Source of the DNA: the human T2T-CHM13v2.0 reference genome, Homo sapiens
Assembly (NCBI RefSeq): GCF_009914755.1
Contig: NC_060934.1
Reading direction: 5' to 3' (one strand)
DNA length: 64,000 nucleotides
The translations under genes were made by a program, and so were the position numbers. Of this stretch, positions 48,301 through 63,869 are shown piece by piece (position 1 is the first letter of the stretch; each line of letters starts with the position of its first letter). The notes beneath the pieces were generated by a model. That model saw only the letters and a list, made by a program, of their open reading frames with translations. It was not told where the DNA came from and ran no database searches.

Positions 48301-51300
48301 CTATCAATTTTGTTTATCTTTTCAAAGAACTAGCTTTTTGTTCCACTTATCTTTTGTATTTGTTTGTTTGTTTGTTTGTTTGTTTGTTTCAGTTTCATTT
48401 AGTTCTGCTCTGATCTTTGTTATTTCTTTTATTCTGCTGGGTTTGATTTTGGATTGTTCTTCTTTCCCAAGTTCTGTGGCGTGTGACCTTAGATTGTCTA
48501 TTTGTGGTCTTTCAGACTTTTTGATGTAGGCATTTAATGCTATGAACTTTCCTCTTAGCATCACTTTTGCTGTATCACAGAGGTTTTGATAGATTGTGTT
48601 CCTATTATTGTTCAGTTCAAATAATTTTCAAATTTCCATCTTGATTTCATTGTTGATCCAATATCATTCAGGAGAAGGTTATTTAATTTTCATGTATTTG
48701 CAAGATTTTAGGGTTCCTTTTGGAGTTGATTTCCAACTTTTTTCCACTATGGTCTGAGAGAGTACTCGACATAATTTAGATTTTCTTAAATTGACTGAGA
48801 CTTGTTTTGTGGCCTGTCATATGGTCTACCTTGGAGAATGTTCCATGTGCTGATGAATAGAAGGTATATTCTGCAGTTATTGGGTAGGATGTTCTATAAA
48901 TATCTGTTAAGTCCATTTCTTGTAGGGAATAGTTTAAGTTCATTGTTTCTTTGTTGACTTTCTGTCTTGATGACCTGTCTAGTGCTATCAGTGGAGTATT
49001 AACCCCCACTATTATTGTGTTGCCATCTATCTCATTTCTTAGGTCTAGTAGTTACTGTTTAACGAATTTGGGAGCTCCAGTGTTAAATGCATATATATTT
49101 AGAATTGTGACATTTTCCTGTTGGACTCATCCTTTTATCATTATGTAATGTCTCTTTGTCTTTTTTAACTGCTGTTGCTTTAAAGTTTGTTTTGTCTCAT
49201 ATGAGAATAACTACTCCTGCTCACTTTCGGTGTCCATTTGCATGGAATATCTTTTTCCACCCCCCTACCTTAAGTTTATGTGAGTACTTGTGTGTTAGGT
49301 GAGTCTCCTGAAGACAGGAAAAACTTGGTTGCTGAATTCTTATCCATTCTGTCATTTGGTATCTTTTAAGTGGGGCATTTAGGCCATTTACATTTAATGT
49401 TAGTATTGAGATATGAGGTACTATTATATTCATTGGGTTATTTGTTGCCTTAATACCTTATTTTTTAAATTTTGTTATTGTTATATAAGTCATGTGAGAT
49501 TAATGCTTTAAAGAGGTTCTATTTTGGTGTATTTTGAGGATTTGTTTCAAGATTTAGAGCTCCTTTTAGCAGTTCTTATAGTGCTGGCTTGATGGTGGCA
49601 AATTTCTCAGCAATTGTCTGTCTGGAAAAGATTGTATTTTTCCTTCATTTATGAAGCTTAGTTGAGCTGGATACAAACTTCTTGGCTGATAATTGTTTTG
49701 TTTAAGGAGGCTAAAAATAAGACCCCAATCTGTTTTAGTCTGTAGGGTTTCTTCTGAGAAATCTCCTGTTAATTTGACAGGTTTTCCTTTATAGGCTACT
49801 TGATGTTTTTGCCTTACAGCTCTTAAGATTATTTCCTTCATTTTGACTTTAGATAACATGATGGCTATGTGCCTAGGCAATGATCTTTTTGCAATGAATT
49901 CCCCAGGTGTTCTTTAATCTTCTTATATTTAGATGTCTAGATCTCTAGCAAGGCTGAGGAAATTTTCCTCCATTATTCCCTCAAATATGTTTTCCAAACT
50001 TTTAGATTCCTCTTCTTCCTTGGAACACCAATTATTTTTAGGTTTGGACATTTGACATAGTCCCAAACTTCTTGGAGGCTTTAGTTCATTTTTAAATTAT
50101 TTTTTCTTTGTCTGTTATGGATTGGGTTAATTCAAAAGCCTTGTCTTTGAGCTCTTAAGTTCTTTCTTCAGAGTTGCACGTAGTCATCAGGTTATCCAAA
50201 GTCAAGAAGAAGGAAAGAATTTCAAGAATCTTTCTTGTTCAGTTCTATTGCTGAGACTTTCCAATGCCTTTTTCATTTCTCTAAGTGCATCCTTGATTTC
50301 AAGAAGTTGTGATTGTTTTTTATTTATGCTATTTATTTCACTGAAGAATTTTCCTTTCATATCTTGTATCATGTTTTTGATTTAAGTTGGACTTCACCAT
50401 TCTCTGATGCCTCCTTGATTAGCTTAATCATTGACCTTCTGAATTCTTTTCTGGCAATTCAGAGATTTTTGTCTTGGTTTGGATCCATTGCTGGTGAGCT
50501 GGTATGATCTTTTGGGGGCGTTAAATAACCTTTTTTTTTTTTTAATCATTTTACCAGAATTGTTTTTCTGGTTCCTTCTCATTTGGGTAGACTAAGTCAG
50601 AGGGAAGATCCGGGATTCAAAGGTTGTTGTTCAGATTCTTTTGTCCCATGAGGTGCTCCCTTGATGTGGTTTTCTCCCCCTTCCCCTAGGAATGGGGTTT
50701 CCTGAGAGCTGAACCCTAGTGATTGATTTTGCCCTTCTAGGTCTAGCCACCCAGTGGAGCTACAGGGCTCTGGGCTTGTACGGGGGAGTGTCTGCAAAAA
50801 GTCCTGTCTTCAGGTCTTGCAGCTGTGGATCCCAGCACCTGCTCCAGTAGAGGTAGCAGGGGAGTGAAGTAGACTCTGAGCGTCCTTTGTTATGTTTTTG
50901 TTTAGTGTGCTGGTTTTGTGTTGGTTGCCCTCCAGCCAGGAGGTGTTGCTTTCAAAAGCACATCAGCTGCAGTCCTATGGGGGGAATGCAAACTTGCCCT
51001 AAGGACACCTTGCTAAGTATTCAGGTTTCTCAGGAGGTGGGCAGGACCACAGAGCTCCCAAGAGATTATGATCTTTGTCTTTGGCTACCAGGGTGGGTAG
51101 AGAAAGGCCACCAGGTGGTGGCAGGGATAGGCAGGTCTGAGTTCAGTCTCTCCTTGAGCGTGGCTTGCTGTGGCTGTTGTGGGCGATAGGAGTGTGGTTC
51201 CCAGTCTAATGGAGTTATGTTGCCAGGGGGATAACAGCTGCCTCTGCTGAGTCATACAAGTGGCCAGCTAAGCGGGGGAAAGCCAGCAGTCACAGGCCTC

Positions 51301-51653
51301 ACCCTGCTCCCATACAGCCAACAGTCCTAAAAGTCAGTCTCACTTCTACTGTGCCCCGCCCGGCAACAGCACCGAGTCTATTTCCAGGCAGCCAGTGACC
51401 AGGGCTGAGAACTTTCCCCAGACCATGAGCCTCCCCATTGAGAAAGCAAGCAGACTCACAGTTTTTTGGCGTCTCAGGGAGACTTCACTGGTGATCCAGT
51501 TCCTTCAAATGGTATTTGGATTCTCTTGGCTTTCCTGGTATGTTCCAGTGGTAGTTCTTGGAGCAAAAGTTCACGATGTGAGTCTCCATATGCTGCTCTG
51601 TCCATCCGAGCGGGAGCTGCAAGCTAGTCCTGCCTCCTATCTGCCATCTTAAT
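45375..51653 (-). mobile_element. Full-length inactive L1PB (L1PB1/L1PBa-type)
   Basis: 5'UTR AAGATGGCAGATAGG, ORF1, EN (ISILTLNVNGLN), RT ([18 protein letters not shown]), 3'UTR; TSD CTGAATC(A/G)CTT. Confidence 0.95.
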
Positions 51654-51724
51654 CTGAATCGCTTTTTTGATACAGAGTCGCCAATAGCTGTGTTTTTCTA
51701 CATAAGCTGTCCTCTGTGCCATGA

Positions 51725-52048
<324 letters not shown>

Positions 52049-52579
52049 GATACAGCATTTCTTGAAAGAACCCATGAAAGAGCTAAAGCCAATGGTGCTA
52101 AGTTCTTAAGATGGCCCTGTAATTATTGAAGAGTTTGACTTCTTTGACTTCTACTTTAGGAATTGCTATACTCACCTGATTCACTTTTTGCTTCTTTTCT
52201 CCCTCACCAAATAACAGTCCCTACGGATGATAAGAGTGCTCCCTGATTGTTCCATGACCTTTCCAGGTGACTGCCACCTGCCCTTCAGACTTTGATGGTG
52301 GTTTTTTTTGTTGTTTTTTTTTTAAGCTTAGGCAATGACAGCTACATAATTGCTGATGTCTAGCCAACAGTGACTATAAAACACTGAATGTAAGACATCT
52401 ATAAATTTCAGAAGCATTGAAACATCTAAAAATATATAATTTTAGAATTAATTTAAAAATGAGATATGAAGGTGCTCTTTAAACTTAGAAACACAGCTAA
52501 ATGAGGAGTTATTAATGTGGCCTTGTAACAGCTGTTGTCACCCAGGACTGAGCAGTTGGCGTGTGTATGTATATTGTGC

Positions 52580-53191
52580 TGAAGTGGCTATGTTGTCTGG
52601 GGTATATACCCTGGATTCATCCTCTCATGCCAGGAAAATTTAGGACAGGGACACACGAGGAGTTTAGGAGTGGAGGTTTAACGGACAGAAGAAAAGAGAA
52701 AGAAGAAGAGCTCTCTCTATAGAGAGAGGGGTCTTCCGAACGGAAAAGACCATCTGGTAGCGGATGAACCCAATTTTACAGTCTGGCTTGAGGAGACAGT
52801 GTCTGATTTGCATAGGGCTCACAGATCGGTTGGATCAGGTTTGACATTTACATAGCGGGGGCGGGGGCGGGAAGGCTGGTCATCCCACCCTAATCTTACT
52901 ATGCAAGTGAACTCTTCCCTTGGTTGGCGCCCTCTTGTCTGCTCCTTACTGTACACGTGGCTGGCTGAAAAGGGAAGATGGAGCCGCCATCTTGAACATG
53001 TCCAGTCCCTAGTTCCTGCCAGCATTCCCCCATGCAAGCTCCCAACTTGCTTGTCTGTGTCTGCAGCTCAACTTTACGGGCTGCTCTTCGTTAGAAAATG
53101 ATTTGGGGCTGCTTTTCATTAAAAACAAAAGCCTCACTGAGGACTCCCATACCCTATCTGCCTAAGTGATTTCTTTTTAACCCCTATATCA
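52580..53191 (-). mobile_element. LTR9-family solo LTR
   Basis: Reverse complement begins TGATATAGG...AAGAAATCACTTAGGCAGATAG; TSD GTGC. Confidence 0.75.
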
Positions 53192-53635
53192 GTGCCATTT
53201 TGACCCAGTCATTTTGATGAGTTCATTTTGACCTCATTTGACAATTTTTCATAGCTTTAATCACAGCATTAAATGTTGGAGTGATTTGTATGCTACCAGG
53301 AAATGAAAGCAACAGACACCGTCATCATCTCCACCCCCATCCCATCGCTTATCTTGCTCTGGAGTCTGACCTTGTCCATTGCCCCACACTCTCCTGGAGC
53401 TTGAGTCTTATCCTGAGGGAAGGTGGAGTGAAGCCCAGACAGGGTCAGGGTGCCTTGATTTAAAAAGCTGCCGTCCGTGGGCAGGTGGGCTTTGGGTATC
53501 AGTGGGACTGGGATTGGGGGAGGGCCACTGTCTGGACTCTAAAAGGGAACATTTACATTTAGGGTTAGAAAGAGTATGACAACCATGATTGACAAGACAG
53601 AGCATTGGTGGCTGAACCAAGATCAAGTACTAAAC

Positions 53636-54070
53636 TGTATTAGTGTCTTCTCACACTGCTATAAACAAATAACTGTGGCTGGGTAATTTATTTTAAAAAA
53701 AGGAGAGAGAGAGATTTAATTGGCCCACAGGTCCACAGGCTGTACAGGAAGCATGGTGCTGGCATCTGCTCAACTTCTGGGAAGGCCTTAGGAAACTTTC
53801 AGTCATGGCAGAAGACAAAGGGGAAGCAGGCACGTCTTACATGACTGGAGCAGGAGGAAGAGAGGGAGTGGGGAGGTGCCACACACTTTAAAATGACCAG
53901 ATCTCATGAGAACTCTATCATAAGAACAGCACCAATGAGATGGTGCTAAACTGCTCATGAAGGTTCCACTCTCCCATGACACAGTCACCTCCCACCAGGC
54001 CCCACCTCCAACATTGGGGATTACAGTGTGACATGGGATTTGGGTGGGGACACAAATCCAAATCAAATCA
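53636..54070 (-). mobile_element. MST solo LTR
   Basis: MaLR motifs. Confidence 0.85.
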
Positions 54071-55399
54071 GTTAGCATTAGCCAAGAACACGTGGGGAAT
54101 TCAAAGAGTTAAACAAATCAAGTCCCAGGCAGCACTAATTATCTGAGTACAATGATCAGCACATCTGGGTTGAAGACCTTCTATATACTTCCTCCCAGGG
54201 CAAGTACTGGATAGGGGATGGGCTGGCCCAAGTCTAAAGAAATGAATAGTAGATGAACTATAGCTGAAAGAGGTGAAGAGAACTGGGCCCGTGGTGGAGT
54301 CTGATTACTCCTGGTACACATGCAAGGCTGACACAGGCTCCGATACACTTTGAGCATCTTCGTGCAAAGCAGAGTTCTTTCTCTGGCTCTCAGAAGGATT
54401 TTCTGATTATTTTCCATGGTCTTTCCCTGGAGTTGCCATGACTATCCTCAGTGGGACAGCTTAATTCCAGGTGTAGAAACAACAATAGATGCAGTTTCAT
54501 CCAAAGTTGTTGAACCCAAGAAAAGATGATGACAACTCAAAACAAAAATGAAAGTTTCTTTAAGGCATGGCCACCTCACAGTCACACTCACAGCTGGAGT
54601 TTCCTGCTAACGTGACCCTTGAGTCTTTGGAGGTCCGGGCCAACTGACAAAACAATTTGTTCATGATGGTGGCTCAGTGACAAAGAGGAAATCGCTCATG
54701 GACTGCTGGGGCAGCCAAACCTGTCCAAAGAACACAGCTTTGTGGTACTGTAGCCACAGGGAACTACTGGGCGAGGAATTCTTTTATTTTCCACAGTGAA
54801 TGCTCCAAAGATGACAAGCTCTGCAGGAAATCCTGGGTCCTATATACCTATATATATCCCCACCGCTGGTCCTATTCAGTCCTAATCAAGGACCACATCA
54901 TCAATGAGCTTATCCACAATGACAAAGAAGAAAAACAAAACCCAGGTTGCAAACCCCTGCACACAACTTGCTTTTGACAGCACATCCCAGCGTTCTCCAG
55001 GAAAGAGGAAGCTATGGAAATGTTTAGTACAAGTAGCAGCAGGGCAGAGAGCTGCGGGAAGCCTGGCGTTGAAGGAATTGTTTTTATTTTTATTACTTAG
55101 TTGAGTTCATTTTTGTTACCTTTTTGGGCTGGTCAAAAAGTAAAGTTTTTGATTGGTAAGTCAATTTTTTTTTAGAAGTCAAAGAACACACACTATAATG
55201 AGGCCACATAATTAAGCAGTTTCTAATTTCCAATAAAATAAACTAAATTTATGGGCAGAAATTATCAAAGGCTTATCTACTTCACACAAGGCCAGAATAA
55301 CTTCCATGACTTTATTAATGATTTCTTAGATATTATTCCCTCTTGCTGATGGGATGGTAACTTCTTTGAATGTATTATATGACACAGACCATCTTAGCA

Positions 55400-56945
<1,546 letters not shown>

Positions 56946-57332
56946 AGAGTCATCCACTCTTCTACTTACCCCAAGCTGAAGTCCAACCTTATCATCGCTC
57001 CTGATATTGTGTTGGGCAAGGTCCCAGTGATTTCTACATTGCTGAATCAAAAAGACACTTTTAAAGCCAGGTGCAGTGGCTCACACCCGTAATGCCAATA
57101 CTTGGGAAGCTGAGGCAGGTGAGGCAGGAGCATCACTTGAGTCCAGGAGTTCAAGACCAGCCTACACAATACAGTGAGACTCTCTCTCCAAAAATATTTT
57201 TTAAAAAAACGTTCTGCAGCCTCATGCTATTTTTTTTTTTAATTTCTCAATAGCATTTGTCAGCAATGAGCACATCATTTGTTTTTTAAAACCCTTTCTT
57301 GGCCCCTGGGACAGCATATTGTTCTAGCTTTC

Positions 57333-57699
57333 TGATATGGTTTGTCTTTGTGCCCCCACCCAAATCTCATCTTGAATTGTAATCCCCAGGTATTGAGGGA
57401 GGGACATGGTGGAAGGTGATTGGGTCATGGGGGTGGATTCCCCCTTGCTGTTCCCGTGATAGTGAGGGAGTTCTCTCCAGATCTGATGGTTTTATAAGGG
57501 GCTCCTCCCCTTTGCTTACTTCACTCACTCTCTTTTGCCTCCTGCCATGTAAGACGTGCCTTTTCCCCTTCCACCACAATTGTAAGTTTCCTGAGGCCTC
57601 CCCAGCAATGAGGAATTGTGAGTCAATTTAACCTCTTTTCTTTAAAAATTACCCAGTCTCAGGTATGTCTTTGTAGCATTGTGAAAACAGACTAATTCA
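57333..57699 (+). mobile_element. MSTA solo LTR within an L2 relic
   Basis: TSD CTTTC. Confidence 0.85.
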
Positions 57700-58634
57700 C
57701 TTTCCCTTCATCTCTCTGGCCACCTTGGTCCCTTTTATTATCTTTATTGAGTCATCTTCCTCTTTCTAATCTCTAAGTGTGGGTATTTCTCAAGGTTTGG
57801 TTCTGAGCTATCTTCTCTGTCTCTCCCTTGGGGAATCCAAGCCTTACATAATCTCTATAATGATGTCTTCATTACATCTCTAGCCTAGATGTCTTTCCCA
57901 AGTTACAGTTTTGTACATTCTGATACTCACCTAACATTTCTCTTTGGATAATCTACAGCCATCTCAACTGAACAACTTAACATGTTCAAGAAGGAAGCCT
58001 GGATTCTCAGACTGTATTCCAAACCTGTTCTCTCTCTTTGTCACTCCTGTGGCCCAGACCATACACGTACACATCATCCTTGGGTGTTTCTTTTTCCTTT
58101 CTTCTTGTTTTTTTCCCCCATATCCAATTTGTCATCAGTCCTGTCAACTTTATCTACCAAATATTCCCTGATTGGCTCTGCTGCCCTCTGCCTCCACTTC
58201 CCCTCCTCGTCCAGGCTGCTGTTGTCTCTCACTCACTCCTCTGCATGGCCTCCCTGCTTTCATTCACTCTCCACACAGCCCTGGTCTCCTTTCAAAAAGT
58301 GGGTCGCTTTAAGCTTCTCAGTGGCTTCCTGTTGTCCTTAGAACAATCCAGACTTCTTCCTGGGGGCTCTAAGACCTGGTGTGACCCAGACTCTGATGCT
58401 CCAACCCCATGTGGGGCCACCCTCCACCTTGCTCTCCTGTCTCCTTCAAATCTCTGAACAAACCCAGTTCTTCACCACTTCAGGGATATATTAGTTCCCT
58501 AGGGCTGCTGTTACTAATTACCACAAACTTGGTAGCTTAAAACAACAGAAGTCTATTCCCTCACAGTTCTAGAGGCCAGAAATTCAAAACCAAGTAGCTT
58601 ACAGATGAGAAACTCAGGTTTAAAAAAGGGCACA

Positions 58635-59225
58635 TAGGTGATTTCTCAAAGAGCTGAAAACGGAACTACCTTTGACCCAGCAATACTGGGTATATACCCA
58701 GAGGAATATAAATCATTCTGTCATAAAGACACAAGCATGCATATGTTGACTGCAGCACTATTCACAATAGCAAAGACAGGGATCAACCTAAATGCCCATC
58801 AATGGCCGACTGGATAAAGAAAATGTGGTACATATGCACCATGGAATACTATGCAGCCATAAAAAAGAATGAGATCATGTCCTTTGCAGGGACATGGATG
58901 GAGCTGGAGGTCATTATCCTTAGCAAACTAATGCAGGAACAGAAAACCAAATACCACATGTTCTCACTTGTAAGTGGGAGCTCAATGATGAGAACATATG
59001 GGCACATAGAGGGCAATGACAGACACTGGAGCCTGCTTACCTGTGAGTTAAGAGTGGGAGGAGGTAGAGGATCAGGAAAAATAACTACTGCATATTAGGC
59101 TTATTACCTGGGCAATTAAATAATCTCTAAAACAGACTACTATGACATGAGTTTACCTATATAACAAACCTGCATATGTATCCCTGAACCTAAAGTAAAA
59201 GTTTTCAAAAGAAAAAAGAGAAAAA
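58635..59225 (+). mobile_element. L1PA/PB 3' end
   Basis: DWIKKMWYICTMEYYAAIKKNE. Confidence 0.9.
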
Positions 59226-60149
59226 GAAAAGGGTCACACAGCTTCAAGAACCACTCCCTGTTTTCTGCCTACACAACTAAATGTTCACAATAAGATACTT
59301 TTTGGTAACAACAAATCACTGTCACAAGAAGAAAGACCAGAGAGCATCTTTGTCGCATAGAGTCATTCAGTGGAGCAACTGGACTAGAAGCAGGTTCTGA
59401 AAAGCTCTATTATTATGGATATGGACTAGACTATGGGAATAACTAAAATGCACTGTCTCTAGGTTTTTTACATTCATATTTATACAAAAGAAGAATCTGA
59501 GCTCTAGAAGACTGGGCTGATGAGATGAATTGTCTCCCGTGAGAAAAATTTCCCTAGACATGTTTGAACATACAGTTCTGTGTTTCACTCTGAGTTTTGT
59601 CTGTTCCTGAGGTTTTTAAATCGACCAAAGAGAGGACTTAGGACTCTTTGTGACTCTGCCAATAAAACACCGCGGGGCTCCACCTTCCTCCAGCCAAGTG
59701 CTGGGCCACATTTGCACTTCAGTCTCCCTGTGACTGCTTTGAAAGGGCCTGCTTTTCCTCTCAGAGGCTTTTGGGATCTGGGCAGACACACACCCTGAAG
59801 TTATCTCCTCTTAAGCATATAAACCAGGGATTATCTTATCTCGGTAAGCACAGTGATCTTAGAAGGACAGCCACTCACCTCCCAGAAGAGTTGGAAAGTC
59901 TCCAGGGAGCAAGGGAAGCCATTCTAGGCTGGAGCCTCCTGGAGAAGTTTCAGGTCACCCCAAACCATTGTGCATACAGGGGCCTTCACCAGAAAGGGCC
60001 TTTAGAAGCCAGTTCCACTTTTTCCTGAAGCAGAAGAGTGGGCACGGGCGAAAGCATCTTTCACCGCACATAACTGGAAAACAGGAGTCCCTGGTTGCCT
60101 CGGCTCCAGTGCAGCCCCCACCTTTCTTGTTTGTTTGTTTGTTTGTTTT

Positions 60150-60457
60150 TCCAGAAGACAAAAGCATAGATTTATTGAAGCAAAGTATACTCCACAGATC
60201 AGGAGCAGGCTTGAGCAAGCAGCTCGAGAGCCGTAGCTGCAAATCTTCTGGGGTTTAAGTACTCGTTAGAGGTTTCCTATTGGTTACACCCTATATAAAT
60301 GAAGACTTGGCCCACAACCAGTCGGAGGCTGAAGTGAAGGCTCAGCCTGCAACCAATCAGAGGCTGAAGTTGCATCCTACGCAAAAGAAGACTTGGCCCA
60401 TGACCAATCAGAGGCTGAAGTGAAGGCTCCCTGTCTCCAGACCCTACTCTCCTGCCT
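60150..60457 (-). mobile_element. MER51-like LTR fragment
   Basis: Repeated CCAATCAGAGGCTGAAGT; CCAGACCCTA-TCTCCTGCCT end. Confidence 0.65.
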
Positions 60458-60936
60458 AAAAATGGGTCAAAACTCAAAGGGTTGGAAAGAACATATCGTT
60501 GAAAAAAAAAAAAAAAAAGAAGTCTCCCTCCTACCCTTGTTCCTTTCCTTGGAGGCAACCAGTATCAGATTTCTATGTATCCTTCCCAGATACTTTGCAC
60601 CTGTGCTTTAAATAGGTATCCTTAGGGGACACATTTAGTGGGTAGGGACAGTCAACCTCTCTACTTTTGCTTCTGGCAATAATTATTTGATTTTAATATC
60701 TATCACTGGAGTCTTACTAAATTCATGCACTCTACATTATTTCTCTGGAGTCTTTTGGTTTTTGTTGATGAAAACAGAGTTAAAAGGTTTTTTGTCACTA
60801 AAATGATCTGTGTAAATAGGGAAGTAATGATTTCAAACTATAGTTCCGGGTTTTTTTTTTTTTTTTTTTGAGAAAAGATGATTTTGGCGTGAGGAGTTTG
60901 TCAGTGTCTAACAATTCTTTCCTATATTTTTCCTGA

Positions 60937-61026
<90 letters not shown>

Positions 61027-61147
61027 TAAGTAGTCTCATAAATATGATCACCTTAAAAAATGCTGAACTAGTAGCCTAAATAGGAGCTGACAGCTTCTGA
61101 ATGCTGTAAAAATTAAAAATTACTTTTCAGATAAAGACTTTACTTAG

Positions 61148-61624
<477 letters not shown>

Positions 61625-61704
61625 TAGTGTTAGGTTTACCTTGTATCATTAAACTGATATTTAAGGGTTTCTAAAATAAAAAAAAAACTTCCCTCAAATG
61701 AAAT

Positions 61705-63092
61705 TGAGAGGTGACAGCGTGCTGGCAGTCCTCACAGCCCTCGCTTGCTCTCGGCGCCTCCTCTGCCTGGGCTCCCACTTTGGCGGCACTTGAGGAGCCC
61801 TTCAGCCCGCCACTGCACTGTGGGAGCCCCTTTCTGGGCTGGCCAAGGCCGGAGCCGGCTCCCTCAGCTTGCCAGGAGGTGTGGAGGGAGAGGCGCCGGC
61901 GGGAACTGGGGCTGCGTGAGGTGCTTGCCGGCCAGCGCGAGTTCTGGGTGGGTGTGGGCTCTGCGGACCCCACACTCGGAGCTGCTGGCCGACCCCACTG
62001 ACCCTGGGCAGTGAGGGGCTTAGCACCTGGGCCAGCAGCGGCTGTGCTCAATTTCTCGCCAGGCCTTAGCTGCCTTCCCGCGGGGCAGGGCTCCGGACCT
62101 GCAGCCCACCATGCCTGAGCCTCCCCGCCCCTCCGTGGGCTCCTGTGCGGCAGGAGCCTCCCCTACGAGCGCCGCCCCCTGCTCCACGGTGCCCAATCCC
62201 ATCGACCACCCAAGGGCTGAGGAGTGCAGGTGCATGGCACGGGACTGGCAGGCAGCTCCACCTGCAGCCCCTGTGCGGGATCCACTGGGTGAAGCCAGCT
62301 GGGCTCCTGAGTCTGGTGGGGTCGTGGAGAACCTTTATGTCTAGCTAAGGGATTGTAAATACACCAATCGGCACTCTGTATCTAGCTCACGGTTTGTAAA
62401 CACACCAATCAGCACCCTGTGTCTAGCTCAGGATTTGTGAATGCACCAATCGACACTCTGTATCTAGCTACTCTGGTGGGGACTTGGAGAACCTTTGTGT
62501 CCATACTCTGTATCTAGCTAATCTAGTGGGGACGTGGAGAACCTTTGTGTCTAGCTCAGGGATTGTAAACGCACCAATCAACACCCTGTCAAAACAGACC
62601 ACTCTGCTTTACCGATCAGCAGGATGTGGGTGGGGCCAGATAAGAGAATAAAAACATGCTGCGGGAGCTAGCAGTGGCAACCCGCTCGGGTCCCCTTTCA
62701 CACTGTGGAAGCTTTGTTCTTTCTCTCTTTGCAATAAATCTTGCTGCTGCTCACTCTTTGGGTCCACACTGCCTTTATGAGCTGTAACACTCACCATGAA
62801 GGTCTGCAGCTTCACTCCTGAAGCCAGCGAGACCACGAACCCACCGGGAGGAACGAACAACTCCAGACGCGCCGCCTTAAGAGCTGTAACACTCACCGGG
62901 AAGGTCTGCAGCTTCACTCCTGAGCCAGCAAGACCACGAACCCACCGGAAGGAAGAAACTCCCAACACATCCGAACATCAGAAGGAACAAACCCCGGACA
63001 GGCCGCCTTGAAGAACTGTAACACTGACCGCGAGGGTCTGCGGCTTCATTCTTGAAGTTAGTGAGACCAAGAACCCACCAATTCCGGGCACA
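61705..63092 (+). mobile_element. LTR12 (C-like, ERV9) solo LTR
   Basis: TGAGAGGTGACAGCGTGCTGGCAG...CCAATTCCGGGCACA; TSD AAAT; tandem CACCAATC units. Confidence 0.95.
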
Positions 63093-63429
63093 AAATAAAT
63101 CATTCACTGGGATTGTGCCTTACAGATTATAGCCAGGAAAAAAAAAAGCAATTAGTGAAACCAGAAGGAAAACCTTGACTGTTATTACATTTTTGATAAA
63201 TATTAGTTTTGGTTTTTATAAATGTTAAGAATGATTAAAACAGTAGCTTCTGAGTCCTATAAAATTAATACAGTCCCATTTCTGAATTTACAAATACTAT
63301 CTTGGTAACCTTTCATGCTTGCAGGGGAGAAGAGCCTCGAGTCCTGCAGGGAGCCACACGAAGGTCTCTGTTTCATGCCAGTCTTCCAAATGCCCTATGA
63401 GAAGCTGGCAGCCCACATTTTCACCTGCT

Positions 63430-63716
63430 TTTTAATTTTGTTTTTATTTATTTAGTTTTTAGAGACAGGGTCTTACTCTTGCCCAGGCTCAAAACCCAGC
63501 TCATGCAGCCTCCAACTCCCGGGCTCGAGTGATTCACTCACCTCACCCTCTCAAGTAGCTGGGACCACAGGCACACGCCACCACACCCAGTAGTTTTTTA
63601 ATTTTTATCTAGAGATGGGATCTCACTGTGTTGCCGAGGCTGGTCTTAAACTCCTGGCCTCAAGAAATTCTCCTGCCTCGGACTGGGATTACAGGCATGA
63701 GCCACCACTCCTGGCC
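63430..63716 (-). mobile_element. AluJ
   Basis: Diverged Alu. Confidence 0.85.
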
Positions 63717-63869
63717 TCATCGGCATTTTAGATGTTTACTTTTCAAACTTCCATCTCCTACCTTCTGCCCGGAGACTAGGTCCCTTGGGTCCCTAACTGG
63801 TTCGCTGGTTGATGTCTCACACACAATGAGTCCAGTGGGTGGGGGGAATTTTAGTGAGCAAAATTAAGC

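Noticed and set aside
47277-49880. Active L1 ORF1/ORF2
   Set aside because: Fragmented by many stops and frameshifts.
61671-63107. GC-rich ORFs or a gene CpG island
   Set aside because: Entirely within LTR12.
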